A stretch of 64,000 nt of DNA from Macrostomum lignano (taxonomy: Eukaryota), in NCBI GenBank assembly GCA_002269645.1, contig NIVC01001535.1:1-64000 (forward strand), given 5' to 3'. The notes under the pieces are model-generated. The model was not told the DNA's origin, did not search any database, and was given only the letters and a program-made list of their open reading frames with translations. This document shows, piece by piece, positions 13,423 to 27,136 of the stretch; within the stretch, counting starts at the first letter, position 1, and each line of letters begins with the position of its first letter. The position numbers and the translations under genes were made by a program.

Positions 13423-13921
13423 ATGTCTTCAACTGATCGAGTGCGGCTGAAGAATCTGCCACCAGTGCAGCTTTGCAGCGCCGGGAATCAAGGACATCCT
13501 GCGCTGCTGTTCCAGCAACAGCTTCAGCAGCAGCAGCAACAGCAACAACCTGGCTTTGGAACCCTGCCGGCACGTCGCGGAAACCTCGGTGCCGGATTAG
13601 GCGCAGGAGGGGCCGGTCAATCAGTTGCTCGACCGAGACGACCGCTATCGCAGACGATTGACGACGAGTTCAACAACAGCCAGCCAGCAGGAGACGACAA
13701 TCGTAACGATGACGACAACGATGATCAGCATCGATCGGCGGCAGCTGCGGATTATAACGACGAAGTGGCAGTTCGTGACCGGCTGTTGGCGTTCGCGCCT
13801 CCGCCACCTCCGCCTCCGCCACCGCCGCCGCCGCCGCATTCAAGAGGCCGCTCCTACGGACAGCATCAGATGCAGCCGCCAGCTGCCGCAACTGGTGGCA
13901 TCTATGGTCACTATGGAAACT
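13423..13921 (+). CDS. TENM: Teneurin exon 1: intracellular domain N-terminus (polyQ, poly-Pro)
   Basis: ATG 13423 after an in-frame TAA at 13390; donor ACT|GTGAGT at 13922, phase 1, compatible with the next exon; PPPPPPPPPPP tract typical of teneurin intracellular domains. Assigned to the gene by phase chain, not by homology. Confidence 0.7.
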
Positions 13922-14498
13922 GTGAGTTCTCACATTGACGGATAGAATTATAATTACACTAGCTATATAAGTCGCAATCAATACCGTCTTAGTCATCATC
14001 TCTTGCAATCAGTAAGAGCGCAATTAATTGTTATCACAGAAAGCTCCCACTGCACCATGGCTTCAGTTTAGCGCCCCGGGGGCAATAAAAACTTATTTCA
14101 GTTGAAATCGTCTCTCAGTGCTTAGGAATGATGACTCGGCGTATATAGAGAACATTTCCTTCTCTTTTAATAGCTCTGCCCAGGCAGGCAAAGGTAAAAG
14201 GGTTCCGGATTGAGATGTGACTCATCGACTATTATAAGTTTTAAGCCGTGAAAAAAATAATTAATAGCTCTTTGCCTTGTGGATTGACTGCTTTTAGCTA
14301 CAACACCTCACCAACCAACAACAACAACACCGCATCATTGAGCGCAAAGTTTTAGCTTTCATTCTACGAATTTTTGTTCCAATAACATCTGTTGCGTCAT
14401 TACCCATAAGTTTGGCTTACTCATAATTTAGGAGTAGAATCGACCGCAATAGCAGCATTGACCTCACACTTCTAATTCTAAATTTATTCCAACCGAAG

Positions 14499-14777
14499 GC
14501 AACGCTGGAGTGAACAACAACAACTCGACGCGCCAGCAGCAGCCACCGCCTGCGTTTCTGCCGCCCACAATCGGCATTCCGATTCCGCCACCACCAGCGG
14601 AACCGCCACCGGGTACGCCCAGGGACTCCATCGTGCTGGGAGGCGGCGGCGGCGGCGGCTGTCACTATGCGGAAACCGGCTTGCTGCAGCAAACCTTGAA
14701 GAGCCAACAGCAGCAGCAGCAGCAGCAGCAGCAATACTGCAGCGTAGATTCCGCTAATACCTTTTATCTGCCAGCAG
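14499..14777 (+). CDS. TENM: Teneurin exon 2: intracellular domain (Pro-, Gly-, Gln-rich)
   Basis: Acceptor CCGAAG with upstream CTAAT branch-like motif; donor CAG|GTGAGA; phase 1/1; matches track ORF 14510..14827. Confidence 0.7.
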
Positions 14778-14829
14778 GTGAGAAGTGCAGAATAGGTTTA
14801 TGTGTTCTTGATTCCATCTTTCTATGATT

Positions 14830-15310
14830 CTTTAATCTCTTGTCTCATCTCTCTATTGAGTATCTAATCTCATATCTCATCTCTCATCGATCCTCTAATC
14901 TCATGTCCTCTAATCTCATGTCTCATTTCTCTATGATTATCGAATCCCATGTGTTATTTCTCTAAAATTATCTAATCTCATGTCTCATTTCTCATCGATT
15001 CTCTAATCTCATGTCCTCTAATCTAATGTCACATCGCTCTATGATTATCTAATCTCATGTCTCATTTCTCGATGATTATATAATCTCATGTCTCATCTCT
15101 CTACGATTCTCTAATCTCATGTCTCATTTCTCATCGATTCTCTAATCTCATGTCCTCTAATCTCATGTCTCATCTCTCTATGGTTCTCTAATCTCATGTC
15201 GTCTAATCTCATATCTCATCTCTCTATGATTTTCTAATCGCATGTCTCACTTCTCCTTGATTCTCTAATGTCATGTCTTATCTCTCTGATTCTCTAATCT
15301 CATGTCTCAT
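14830..15310. repeat. Degenerate minisatellite (CTCTAATCTCATGTCTCAT core)
   Basis: Directly visible just after the exon 2 donor. Confidence 0.8.
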
Positions 15311-15827
15311 TCCTCTACTCTCCAATCTCACTCTTCCAATCCAACTCTGCGATGATACTAGTAGATACCCATCGAGTCCTTCAGCTGAGTCACAGCTGTT
15401 ACTCCACTCTGTTGACTCCATCTCGAACAAAGAAATCCTGCAGATCCCCCACAAATGGGACAATTGCTTGAATTTCTATAATAGAAAAAAATTTATTCGA
15501 ACAAAATATATCATTCTCAATCAATGGACTGCTCGACTCGCTTCATACGGATAAATATTGAATCAGTTGTGTCTACAGGTAGATAAACTCTACAGAGAAT
15601 TCTGATTGACTCATCCATGCAAGGGGAGGAGCGGAGGATCAGGGTGGGGATTTGGAACCCACTTGACCGTCTCCCCAGTTGAAGCTAGGAGATTTGCCTA
15701 CAGGGATTTGTGGGGACAAAGACCCACTTTAAAATCCCAGGTCCCAGGATAGGATAATGATCGGCTCGTGGAATTCCCGCCTCCTATACCCGGATTAAAT
15801 CGCAATATTTACACATAAAATCCCAAC

Positions 15828-16104
15828 CAGGGGCGGATTAAGGGGGGGGGGGCGGGGGGGGCGGCCGCCCCCCCCCCAAATAGCTTAACCGAACATATCG
15901 CGCCCCCCAAAAAACCTAAATTTGCACCCCTAAACGTGATTTTTCGCCCCCAAACGCCTCTATAGCGCCCCTAAGCTTGATTTTTCGCCCCCTACGCGCA
16001 TTTTTTGCGCCCCCTAGCTTAAAAATTGGCGCCCCTTACACTCGTGTTGGCGCCCCAAACTTGGACCGCCCCCCCCCAAAAATGAAACTCTGGATCCGCC
16101 ACTG
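15828..16104. mobile_element. hAT-type MITE, 277 bp, with perfect 8-bp TSD ATCCCAAC
   Basis: TIRs CAGGGGCGGAT / ATCCGCCACTG (10/11); ATCCCAAC at 15820-27 and 16105-12; internal CGCCCCC subrepeats. Confidence 0.88.
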
Positions 16105-16254
16105 ATCCCAACTCCCGATAAGAATGAAGTCGGCTTCGAAAATCCATCGAAAATGGGGGAAACTGGAGACGTCCGATTTATTCTTTGTTCCAAAAGTGGG
16201 GAAAATTATCATCTGTGTACAAAGATAATCGTTAGCTATAAAGACCAGGAAAGA

Positions 16255-17418
16255 CCTGGGATCTGGGAGCTGACTGAAGGGGATCTGGGAGCTGACTGAA
16301 GGGGATCTGGGAGCTGACTGAAGGGGATCTGAAATCTGACTGAAGAGGATCTGAAATCTGACTGGGGGGGATCTGGGAGCTGACTGAAGGGGATCTGGAA
16401 GCTGACTGAAGGGGATCTGGAAGCTGACTGAAGGGGATCTGGAAGCTGACTGAAGAGGATCTGAAATCTGACTGAAGGGGATCTGGGAGCTGACTGAAGG
16501 GGATCTGGAAGCTGACTGAAGGGGATCTGGAAGCTGACTGAAGAGGATCTGAAATCTGACTGAAGGGGATCTGAAATCTGACTGAAGAGGATCTGGGAGC
16601 TGACTGAAGGGGATCTGGGAGCTGACTGAAGGGGATCTGGGAGCTGACTGAAGAGGATCTGGAAGCTGACTGAAGGGGAACTGGGAGCTGACTGAAGGGG
16701 ATCTGGGAGCTGACTGAAGGGGAACTGGGAGCTGACTGAAGGGATCTGGAGCTGACTGAAGAGGATCTGGAAGCTGACTGAAGGGGAACTGGGAGCTGAC
16801 TGAAGGGGATCTGGGAGCTGACTGAAGGGGAACTGGGAGCTGACTGAAGGGGATCTGGGAGCTGACTGAAGGGGATCTGGGAGCTGACTGAAGAGGATCT
16901 GGAATCTGACTGAAGGGGAACTGGGAGCTGACTGAAGGGGATCTGGAGCTGACTGAAGGGGATCTGGAGCTGACTGAAGGGGATCTGGAGCTGACTGAAG
17001 GGGATCTGGGAGCTGACTGAAGAGGATCTGGAATCTGACTGAAGGGGATCTGGGAGCTGACTGAAGAGGATCTGGAAGCTGACTGAAGAGGATCTGGAAG
17101 CTGACTGAAGGGGATCTGGAAGCTGACTGAAGAGGATCTGAAATCTGACTGAAGAGGATCTGAAATCTGACTGAAGGGGATCTGGGAGCTGACTGAAGAG
17201 GATCTGGAAGCTGACTGAAGAGGATCTGAAATCTGACTGAAGGGGATCTGGGAGCTGACTGAAGGGGATCTGGAAGCTGACTGAAGGGGATCTGGAAGCT
17301 GACTGAAGGGGATCTGGAAGCTGACTGAAGAGGATCTGAAATCTGACTGAAGGGGATCTGGGAGCTGACTGAAGGGGATCTGGAAGCTGACTGAAGGGGA
17401 TCTGGGAGCTGACTGAAA
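16255..17418. repeat. 22-bp minisatellite (GGATCTGGGAGCTGACTGAAGG), ~50 copies
   Basis: Directly visible; explains the 399/401-aa - strand ORFs. Confidence 0.93.
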
Positions 17419-18965
17419 CGAAGAGTGACAAATATCTTCACCGTCTTGAAGAGGCTAAGGGTCCGTATAATTCAGTTTTATTGCAAGTAAAATACAAGAA
17501 TTGAGTAAGAAAAGTGACTATAAGCAACCAAATTATAGGTGAAAAATTAGCTCAGCTTAAAGCACTAAATCTGGCTCGTTCAAAGTCACTCTGGCTGAGT
17601 TATTTTTTGCGACTCAGAAAAATATGATACCCTGCAAGGTTATTATGCAATATCTAAGAAATATATGGTATATTCCTTATACACACGCAGGAAACTTTAC
17701 ATTCCCTCCGATTCAGTAGTTGCTTTTGCCTGTGTAATCGTCTTTCGATTTGCTAGAGAGAGAGACGGGGAGAACGCCATGCAATGAGCCTCGGGTCTGG
17801 GTGTGCCTCCCTGCATGTTACGTAATTAACAAGAGACGAAGCGACAGGCAGACAGACAGAAAGAGCCAAAATGAGAGACTTTTTTCGGAGTCTTTCTTTG
17901 GAGACAGATAGTATATTCTCTACTAGAAGAAGAATTTCTCTTTTTTTCTGCTTCGGGTCACCCGCCCGAGACGCTTCAATTTGTCCTTTGGGGAGCACAC
18001 TGGGTCTGCGTTCGAGCAAAACAACCCGACGACCCACCCTTAACGCTCTCGGCTCATTATCGCAGAATTAGTTTGGCACCGCGAGGGGGGGGGCTGTTGT
18101 GGAATCATTTGCGCTAATTATCGTTTCTTTGCGGATCAGTTTAAAGCTCCCTAGGGTATTACGTATTATTACGTTGAATTGGGGGCTAGCCATTAAATCC
18201 GCGAGAATCTATACAGCGTAATCGTGTAATCACTGTTTCACGGGGCTTAAGAGTTGACTACCTCTGGCAAACCAGAGCCCCGGTTGTCTTACAGCAGGTT
18301 CTTAATTGTTTATTTATCTGTCATGATGGTATCTGCGTTGTGCAGTGGTTTATAGTGCCATCAATCATTTATTTGTCAGGTCAACCAGTGGCATGGCCAA
18401 CGGAGGGGTCACGGGGGGGCAGTACTGAAATTTTCAGTTTTAATTTTTACAATTGTCAATGCAATAACGATTAGAAAGTCAGGACCTGTACAACCCTGTG
18501 TGAGCGTGTTGTATGGGTTCGTGCCTGCGCTTGCATGTGCACAGGAGTCAGCGGAATGGTTGTAGGACCATGTCGCCGAAGACTGTCTAGAAACTTGACT
18601 GTAATCTGTACTTTTAAGATGGAAAAAATCTTTTAAAACTACAGCTACTCGAACGGCCACTCGATTAATTAAATCCCCACCCAGAGTCTGGGCTTCAACG
18701 AATTCACCGAGAAGAAGCTGAGGATTGAGTCGAGAGGACATGACCCACTTTAGGGACTTGAGTGGTATTATAGTGCCGAGATATAATCGTAAATTCTCGA
18801 AAACTTAAAAAAAGTCTCCACGCTAAAAATCCAAAAAAGCTTCGAGATCCATCAATTTTATATTGGTTAAGCTACGAGCTATAAATTTCAGTTTTTTATT
18901 TACTCAAGAGAGAAAGGTTTTCTTCGATCAACTGACTCATCTTTGCACCGGTTGAACTTCTGCAG

Positions 18966-19122
18966 GTCAGCTGCAGTCGGGTCTGGGCCTTCCCTATGGC
19001 AACGGTGGCGGCGGTGGCGGAACAACCAACGATCGACGTCTGCTACAACAACAGCAACAACAACAGCAGCTGTTTGACAGCAGGACAGGGGTTTATGACA
19101 CAGCTGGCTCACTCAGACACAG
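18966..19122 (+). CDS. TENM: Teneurin exon 3: intracellular domain (GQLQSGLGLPYGNGGGG...QQQQ...GSLRH)
   Basis: Acceptor TTCTGCAG, donor CAG|GTGAGA, phase 1 in / 2 out, open frame. Confidence 0.7.
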
Positions 19123-19389
19123 GTGAGAGGACAAGTTAAGAGGTGCAGACAGGCTAGAAGTTGGTATAGTTACGGAGCCATGAGAGTTGCATGCGAAACA
19201 GCAAGGTGTTGCCGAGGTGGAAAATTTTCTCTTTCTTCACGTCTTCATTGAAGCCAAAATTACGCAATCATGGGTTTCGAAACCCTTTATGCAGGGGCTG
19301 GCAAACCCTCAACTGCGTGACCAGATGGAGAACCTAGCGCATGACTGCGGGCTAGAGGAGGGGAATTGGAGATGGAATAGAAAATAGGA

Positions 19390-19805
19390 GATGAGAGAAG
19401 GGAGATGAGACGAGAGAAGAGAGAGAGGAGAGAGAAGAGAGAAGAGAGGAGAGAAGAGAGGAGAAGAGAGAAGAGAGGAAAGAGGAGAGAGGAGAGAAGA
19501 GAGGAAACGAGAGAGAAGAGAGGAGAGAAGAGATGAGAGAAGAGAGAAGAAAAGAGCAAAACGAGGAGAGAGGAGAGAAGAAAGGAGAGGAGAGAAGAGA
19601 GAAGAGAGGAGAGAGGAGAGAGGATAGATCGAGGAGAGGAGAGAGAAAAGAGGAGAGGAGAGAAGAGAGAAGAGAGGAGAGAAGAGAAGAAAGGAGAGAG
19701 GAGAGAAGAGAGGAGAGGAAAGAATAGAGAAGAGAGGAGAGAGGAGAGGAGAGAGAAGGAAATGAGAGGAGAAAAGAAGATTATGGAAGAGAGCTGAGAA
19801 GAGAC
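19390..19805. repeat. Polypurine (GA-rich) low-complexity tract
   Basis: GAGAG/GAGAAGAGAG units. Confidence 0.85.
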
Positions 19806-20569
19806 ACAAACCTTGAGCGGGCCGGATTGTTAATGTGAAGTTTCAAAGGACCCGAGGGCCGGATAGAGAGGCTTGGCGTGTCGCCAAGCCGTGGCTTTTC
19901 AAATATATAATACTTGAATCTTGTAATAATAACTTATTCAAACTGCTAGAAGGAGTCGCATTTTAAGCCGCTTCTAAAGGTTAGGAGGCCTTAGCAACAC
20001 GTGGCCACAGAGTCTAAATATGATTGATAGGCATAAATTCTATATAGGTAAGAGCCAAACTCCATGCAGGAAAATATTCTGTCATTTTTCATATTGAATT
20101 CTAACATGCAGTTTATACTACATGCCCCCAACCCCAAAGCATGCCCCCCGCCATTAAGCTTGGCGTGCCAAGGTACACAGGTAGACAATTAGCGAACCAG
20201 TTCGCACACACACGCAGAGACAGGGTCACGGTTGCGTAAACGATTGCGGTTGCGTCATCTGCCAACTGGGGTAGAAGGCAGAGGGTAAAATTTCCAGTAG
20301 CTTAAATGAGAGTTAAAACTTTGTTAGCGGTAAGTTACTTGAAATAATTTAAAATTTTTAGATTTGTTTATTATGTCAAAATCAATTCGATTTAAGGCAG
20401 TTCATTTAGCAAAAAGTTAACCGTATAGTTAACTTTGTGAGGGATGAAATAAATAAACTTTTTCTATCGTAATCAAATATAATTTATGAGTCGTGCGATT
20501 GTAAAAAGTGCAACTGTGGGTTGTGGGATGATAGCTCCCTTGGGGTTGAGGCTGAAAAAAACTGGCGGG

Positions 20570-20960
20570 AGAGACGAGAGAGGGAGAAGAGAGAGGGGAG
20601 AAGAGAAAGGGAGAAGAGAGGGAGACGAGAGAGGGAGAAGAGAGAGGGGAGAAGAGAAAGGGAGAAGAGAGAGAGGGAGAAGAGAGAGGGAGAAGATAGA
20701 GGGGAGAAGAGAGAGGGAGAAGAGAGAGGGAGAAGAGAGAGGGAGAAGAGAGAGGGAGAAGAGAGAGGGAGAAGAGAGAGGGAGAAGAGAGAGGGAGAAG
20801 AGAGAGGGAGAAGAGAGAGGAGAAAAGAGAGGGAAAAATAGAGAGGAGAGAGGGAAGAGGGGAGAAGGCAGAAGAGAGGCGAGAAGAGAGGGGAGAAGAG
20901 AGGGGAGAAGAGAGGGAGAGAACTATAGAGAGTGGATGTCAGAAGAGGAGAGCAGAGAGG
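20570..20960. repeat. Polypurine (GAGAGGGAGAA) low-complexity tract
   Basis: Directly visible. Confidence 0.85.
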
Positions 20961-21335
20961 AGAATTGACAGAAACGGCTCATTAGTATGATAAGGCATTA
21001 GAGTTCTAGCAAAAAAGAGCAATGTAGAAAAATTTAGATGTTCATACATCTAATTAGTAATTAGTGGAATCCTTATGCATTCATCTCTTCATTCGAACGT
21101 CCTATCTTGTTAGCAATGAGATGTTCTTCTCGATTTCATCACACAACTAACAAACAGACTGGAGCTAATTGAATCCCAAGCTTTGTAGAGCTCTAATATT
21201 ATTCTGTTATGGCTGTGTTTGCTTAGTGTAGAGGATTCGAAATCCTATATTGTAGCTTGGGCGTGAGTGCAATGCCCCGGACGTTCTAGATAAATCTCAT
21301 ATTTCTGTGGATCTGTGGAAGCAGTTTGCGAACTC

Positions 21336-21723
<388 letters not shown>

Positions 21724-22526
21724 GTCTAGCCAGAGGGGATAGCTGTGAACGGCCCAAGTTCAATATGCTTCACACAATGACTCATTTGGCATCAAAGATA
21801 TTTTCAAGTGAAACAGGGTCCTGATTTGTTTGACCAAGAGGGATTCGACATCCTCTTTCTGCTTTGTGTCTCCGCTGGTCGATAGTTAAAAAGGAGGAGA
21901 GAATGTGTGGTCATTTGTCTGTTGCTTCAGAAAATAATTTTGCAATACCATGGGGCCAATGGCTTCTATGGGGGCTATGCTGGCAATATTAATAACATTA
22001 TTGCATAACGCTATTAAAGATTGGTTTATAGGCTTGGTCGGCAGTTAGTCATGGTCAAGCTGCATGGCCAAGAAGAATTGTCTGAGGAGGAGTGACTCAC
22101 ACTCACACTCTGAAGCCACTTTCTCCTATCTGCTTCCCGCCTCTCTGCATGTTTCCATAGCTCTGGACTAAAGTTTAAGGGAGAATCGGGTTCCTATGCT
22201 ACACGAAATGCAGCGGTGCTTCACAGTCTTCACAATTGCGCCTTGCTAAAATCAATCGTTAGACCGGATCGAAATCCACTCGTTTAGGGTTTTTTTTTAT
22301 AATTTTCCGTCTCAATACCTTGCCGTAGGTTAGAGATAGTGATCGCAGTGGGGGGTCTCTGTTTGCTTGGATCTCGTGCGATATTGGTTAGGGGCGAATG
22401 AGTGGCTTTGATCATGGTGAGCAAACACTGGGAACGGACTGGGGTTAGTGACACGGATCCGGTGAGGTTCTGCATTTGTTCAAACTGCATTTGGGATTGT
22501 ATCGACAGACTTAATGCAGGTGGTGA

Positions 22527-22660
<134 letters not shown>

Positions 22661-22706
22661 GACACTGAGGCAGACAACAATAATGCAAGCCGCTCCCCTC
22701 TCCCAG

Positions 22707-22963
22707 GTCCAACAAGCTGGCATCCCCATTAATAAACGAGTCCAGTTTGGGCGCAGTCGGCTTCGTTGGCGGCCAGTACCTACCGAGCGACTCAAGCGGC
22801 GGCGGCGGCGGTGGCGGCGGCGTTGGGGTCGGCGGCAACTTCGCCTATTCGAGTTATTCGGCAAGCAAAAAGTCGAACAGGCTGCATTGGTCCACAAGGA
22901 TCATCATCGCCATTCTGCTGCTGTTCATCCTCCTGCTCATTGCCGCCGTGGGATTCTTTGCCG
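22707..22963 (+). CDS. TENM: Teneurin exon 4: end of the intracellular domain and the transmembrane helix (RIIIAILLLFILLLIAAVGFFA)
   Basis: Acceptor CCCCTCTCCCAG, donor CCG|GTGAGT, phase 2/1; single TM preceded by basic KK..R..R, as in type II teneurins. Confidence 0.85.
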
Positions 22964-22969
22964 GTGAGT

Positions 22970-23520
22970 TGTCTCCCCTGTCTCACCCTCTCATGTCTCA
23001 CCCTCCCCTGCCTCACCCTCTCATGTGTCACCCTCTCCTGTCTCACCCTCTCGTGTGTCACCCTCTCCTGTCTCACCCTCTCATGTGTCACCCTCTCCTG
23101 TCTCACCCTCTCATGTGTCACCCTCCCCTGTCTCACCCTCTCATGTCTCACCCTCCCCTGTCTCACCCTCTCATGTGTCACCCTCCCCTGTCTCACCCTC
23201 CCCTGTCTCACCCTCCCCTGTCTCACCCTCCCCTGTCTCACCCTCCCCTGTGTCTCCCTCCCCTGTCTCACTCTCTCATGTCTCACCCTCCCCTGTCTCA
23301 CCCTCCCGTCTCATTCTCCTCTGTCTCACCCTCCCGTCTCACCCTCCTCTGTCTCACCCTCCCGTCTCACCCTCTCCTGTGTCTCCTGTGTCTCCATCTC
23401 CTGTCTCACCTTCCCCTGTGTCTCCCTCCCCTGTCTCACCCTCCCCTGTCTCACCCTCCCCTGTATCATCCTCTTCTGTCTCGCCCTCTTCTGGTCCCAC
23501 CCTTCCCTGTCTCACTTCTC
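22970..23520. repeat. 15-bp minisatellite (TGTCTCACCCTCCCC / CTCATG variants)
   Basis: Begins within ~7 nt of the exon 4 donor. Confidence 0.9.
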
Positions 23521-24224
23521 TGTCCTCATTTTACAAATACAACATTGTTAATCAGATTGTAAGACCATACAAGCCTCACCAAAAATGGACACAAAACATC
23601 GTGTCTGTCTGCCTGTCTGTCTATCTATTCATTCCCTTTGTGTTTACAGAAACCAGCAGTCCACCAACTACCCGTACAATCCCACTAGCACTAGCAACAA
23701 CTTCAAACATCAATATAGATACGAACCTAGCCAAGCCACCGCCCGCAATAATAAAAAGGCTTGGAGTTTAGACACTGTCTCCATAGCAACGATAGCCCAG
23801 CTGCGGGGGAGGGTAATAATAACCTCCGCTCTTCAAGTCCTCGAGTGCAAAATTTTATCGCTTTCAGTTTCCCATTTTTTCCATTATCCACCCCTCTCGA
23901 CCGCGTGGTCAAATAATATTTACACTACCATATGTAGTTCTTTGTTTGAAAGAATTCCAGCTTTTAATGGACCAACGAACCGCAATATTGGCTATGCTTA
24001 TGTGTGGTTGGAGAAAACACCGAAGTTTTTGTATATAGTTTAGCAAGTTGGTTCGGCTGCGGTGTCATTGGTGTTGCTGCAGATCCTAGGCATGCAGCAA
24101 GGAGACTCCACTGCACAGAGTCAGTTCCTTGGCTTTGGCTCTGAACTGCAGGGTTCAGGTTCCGCGTTTTGCTGTTCTCTCTCGGTGTTACCTGACCTTT
24201 GTAAGGCAGTTTCACTGTCTCAGT

Positions 24225-24884
<660 letters not shown>

Positions 24885-25619
24885 TGGCAGTGGTTTGTAG
24901 GCACCGCCGAGCTCCATGTCATGAGGCACATTCCAATACAGACTGTTCAGTGATGGATGGCAGCCAAACAGTGCCGCATGCAACAATAACAACTGCCACT
25001 GCCCAGCTTGCAACACAAGGGCAGGCCGCCAGCACACTCAATGCCTCTCGCACAAGCCTCGCCAGTTTTCTAATTTGCAACCAAACTCCCGCATGATTAA
25101 TTCCCCGAAACGCTCCATCAACTGTCACATTTCTTTCCTTATTCATTTCTTGATCTTTGCCTTTACTATATATCGCCCCCAGCCCTACTAAATCTCTTCC
25201 CTCACCATATGCTGTAGCAAAATCCCAAGACGTCAGTGGATATAATGAGAGTGGAACAATTACTGCTGTTGGTAGTGCAGCGGTGCCCGACTTAATGGCA
25301 AAGCTGGCTTGCAAGATTACGCGATAGGGCTGGCGGATAGGATCCACTGTGTGTGTGTCTATTAGACTCCCTAGCTACTGTTACGCCTAGCTTCTACTCC
25401 AAGCGTTTGTGTGCGCGCGTGTGTCACTCTAAATGTCAGGCTTGACCAAATTTTTAATAATAGTATTCTACCATATTTGTACTTTTATATTCGCCGATTT
25501 TTGTGTACACACATGTACCTTTACGAGGCTGGATAAGACTTCTCTTGTTCAATACCTACATGTACTGATGCGACAGTTTGTGCGCCACCAACGGGCGAAG
25601 TTGAATTGGCGAGCAAAAA

Positions 25620-27078
25620 ACGGCACCCTTAGCATCAAAAAATGGCACCCTGAACATCAAAAATGGCACATCGAACATTAAAAGTGGCATCACTAAAAGT
25701 GTCAAAAGTGGCACTGCTATCTTCAAAAATGGAACCCCTAAGCAGCAAAAGTGGCACCACTAAGCATCAAAATGGAACCCCTAAGCATCAAAATGGAACC
25801 CCTAAGCATCAAAACTGGCACCACTAAACATCAAAATGGCACCACTAAACATCAAAATGGCACCACTAAACATCAAAGTGGCACCCCTAAGCATCAAAGT
25901 GGCACCCCTAAGCATCAAAGTGGCACCCCTAAGCATCAAAACTGGCACCCCTAAGCATCAAAATGGAACCCCTAAGCATCAAAATGGAACCCCTAAGCAT
26001 CAAAACTGGCACCACTAAACATCAAAATGGCACCACTAAACATCAAAGTGGCACCCCTAAGCATCAAAGTGGCACCCCTAAGCATCAAAGTGGCACCCCT
26101 AAGCATCAAAACTGGCACCCCTAAGCATCAAAACTGGCACCCCTAAGCATCAAAACTGGCACCCCTAAGCATCAAAATGGAACCCCTAAGCATCAAAATG
26201 GAACCCCTAAGCATCAAAACTGGCACCACTAAACATCAAAATGGCACCACTAAACATCAAAGTGGAACCCCTAAGCATCAAAGTGGCACCCCTAAGCATC
26301 AAAGTGGCACCCCTAAGCATCAAAACTGGCACCCCTAAGCATCAAAACTGGCACCCCTAAGCATCAAAACTGGCACCCCTAAGCATCAAAACTGGCACCC
26401 CTAAGCATCAAAACTGGCACCCCTAAGCATCAAAACTGGCACCCCTAAGCATCAAAACTGGCACCCCTAAGCATCAAAACTGGCACCCCTAAGCATCAAA
26501 ACTGGCACCCCTAAGCATCAAAACTGGCACCCCTAAGCATCAAAACTGGCACCCCTAAGCATCAAAACTGGCACCCCTAAGCATCAAAACTGGCACCCCT
26601 AAGCATCAAAACTGGCACCCCTAAGCATCAAAACTGGCACCCCTAAGCATCAAAACTGGCACCCCTAAGCATCAAAACTGGCACCCCTAAGCATCAAAAC
26701 TGGCACCCCTAAGCATCAAAACTGGCACCCCTAAGCATCAAAACTGGCACCCCTAAGCATCAAAACTGGCACCCCTAAGCATCAAAACTGGCACCCCTAA
26801 GCATCAAAACTGGCACCCCTAAGCATCAAAACTGGCACCCCTAAGCATCAAAACTGGCACCCCTAAGCATCAAAACTGGCACCCCTAAGCATCAAAACTG
26901 GCACCCCTAAGCATCAAAACTGGCACCCCTAAGCATCAAAACTGGCACCCCTAAGCATCAAAACTGGCACCCCTAAGCATCAAAACTGGCACCCCTAAGC
27001 ATCAAAACTGGCACCCCTAAGCATCAAAACTGGCACCCCTAAGCATCAAAACTGGCACCCCTAAGCATCAAAACTGGC
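25620..27078. repeat. 22-bp minisatellite (AAAACTGGCACCCCTAAGCATC), ~65 copies; degenerate 5' edge, homogeneous 3' half
   Basis: Directly visible. Confidence 0.95.
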
Positions 27079-27136
27079 GTAGGAAGCCACAACATGACGC
27101 ATAAATAATCCCGCCCCGTAATTTCCCTTCCTCAAG

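Noticed and set aside
18386-18420. Second hAT MITE starting CAGTGGCATGGCC
   Set aside because: No matching opposite TIR or TSD found
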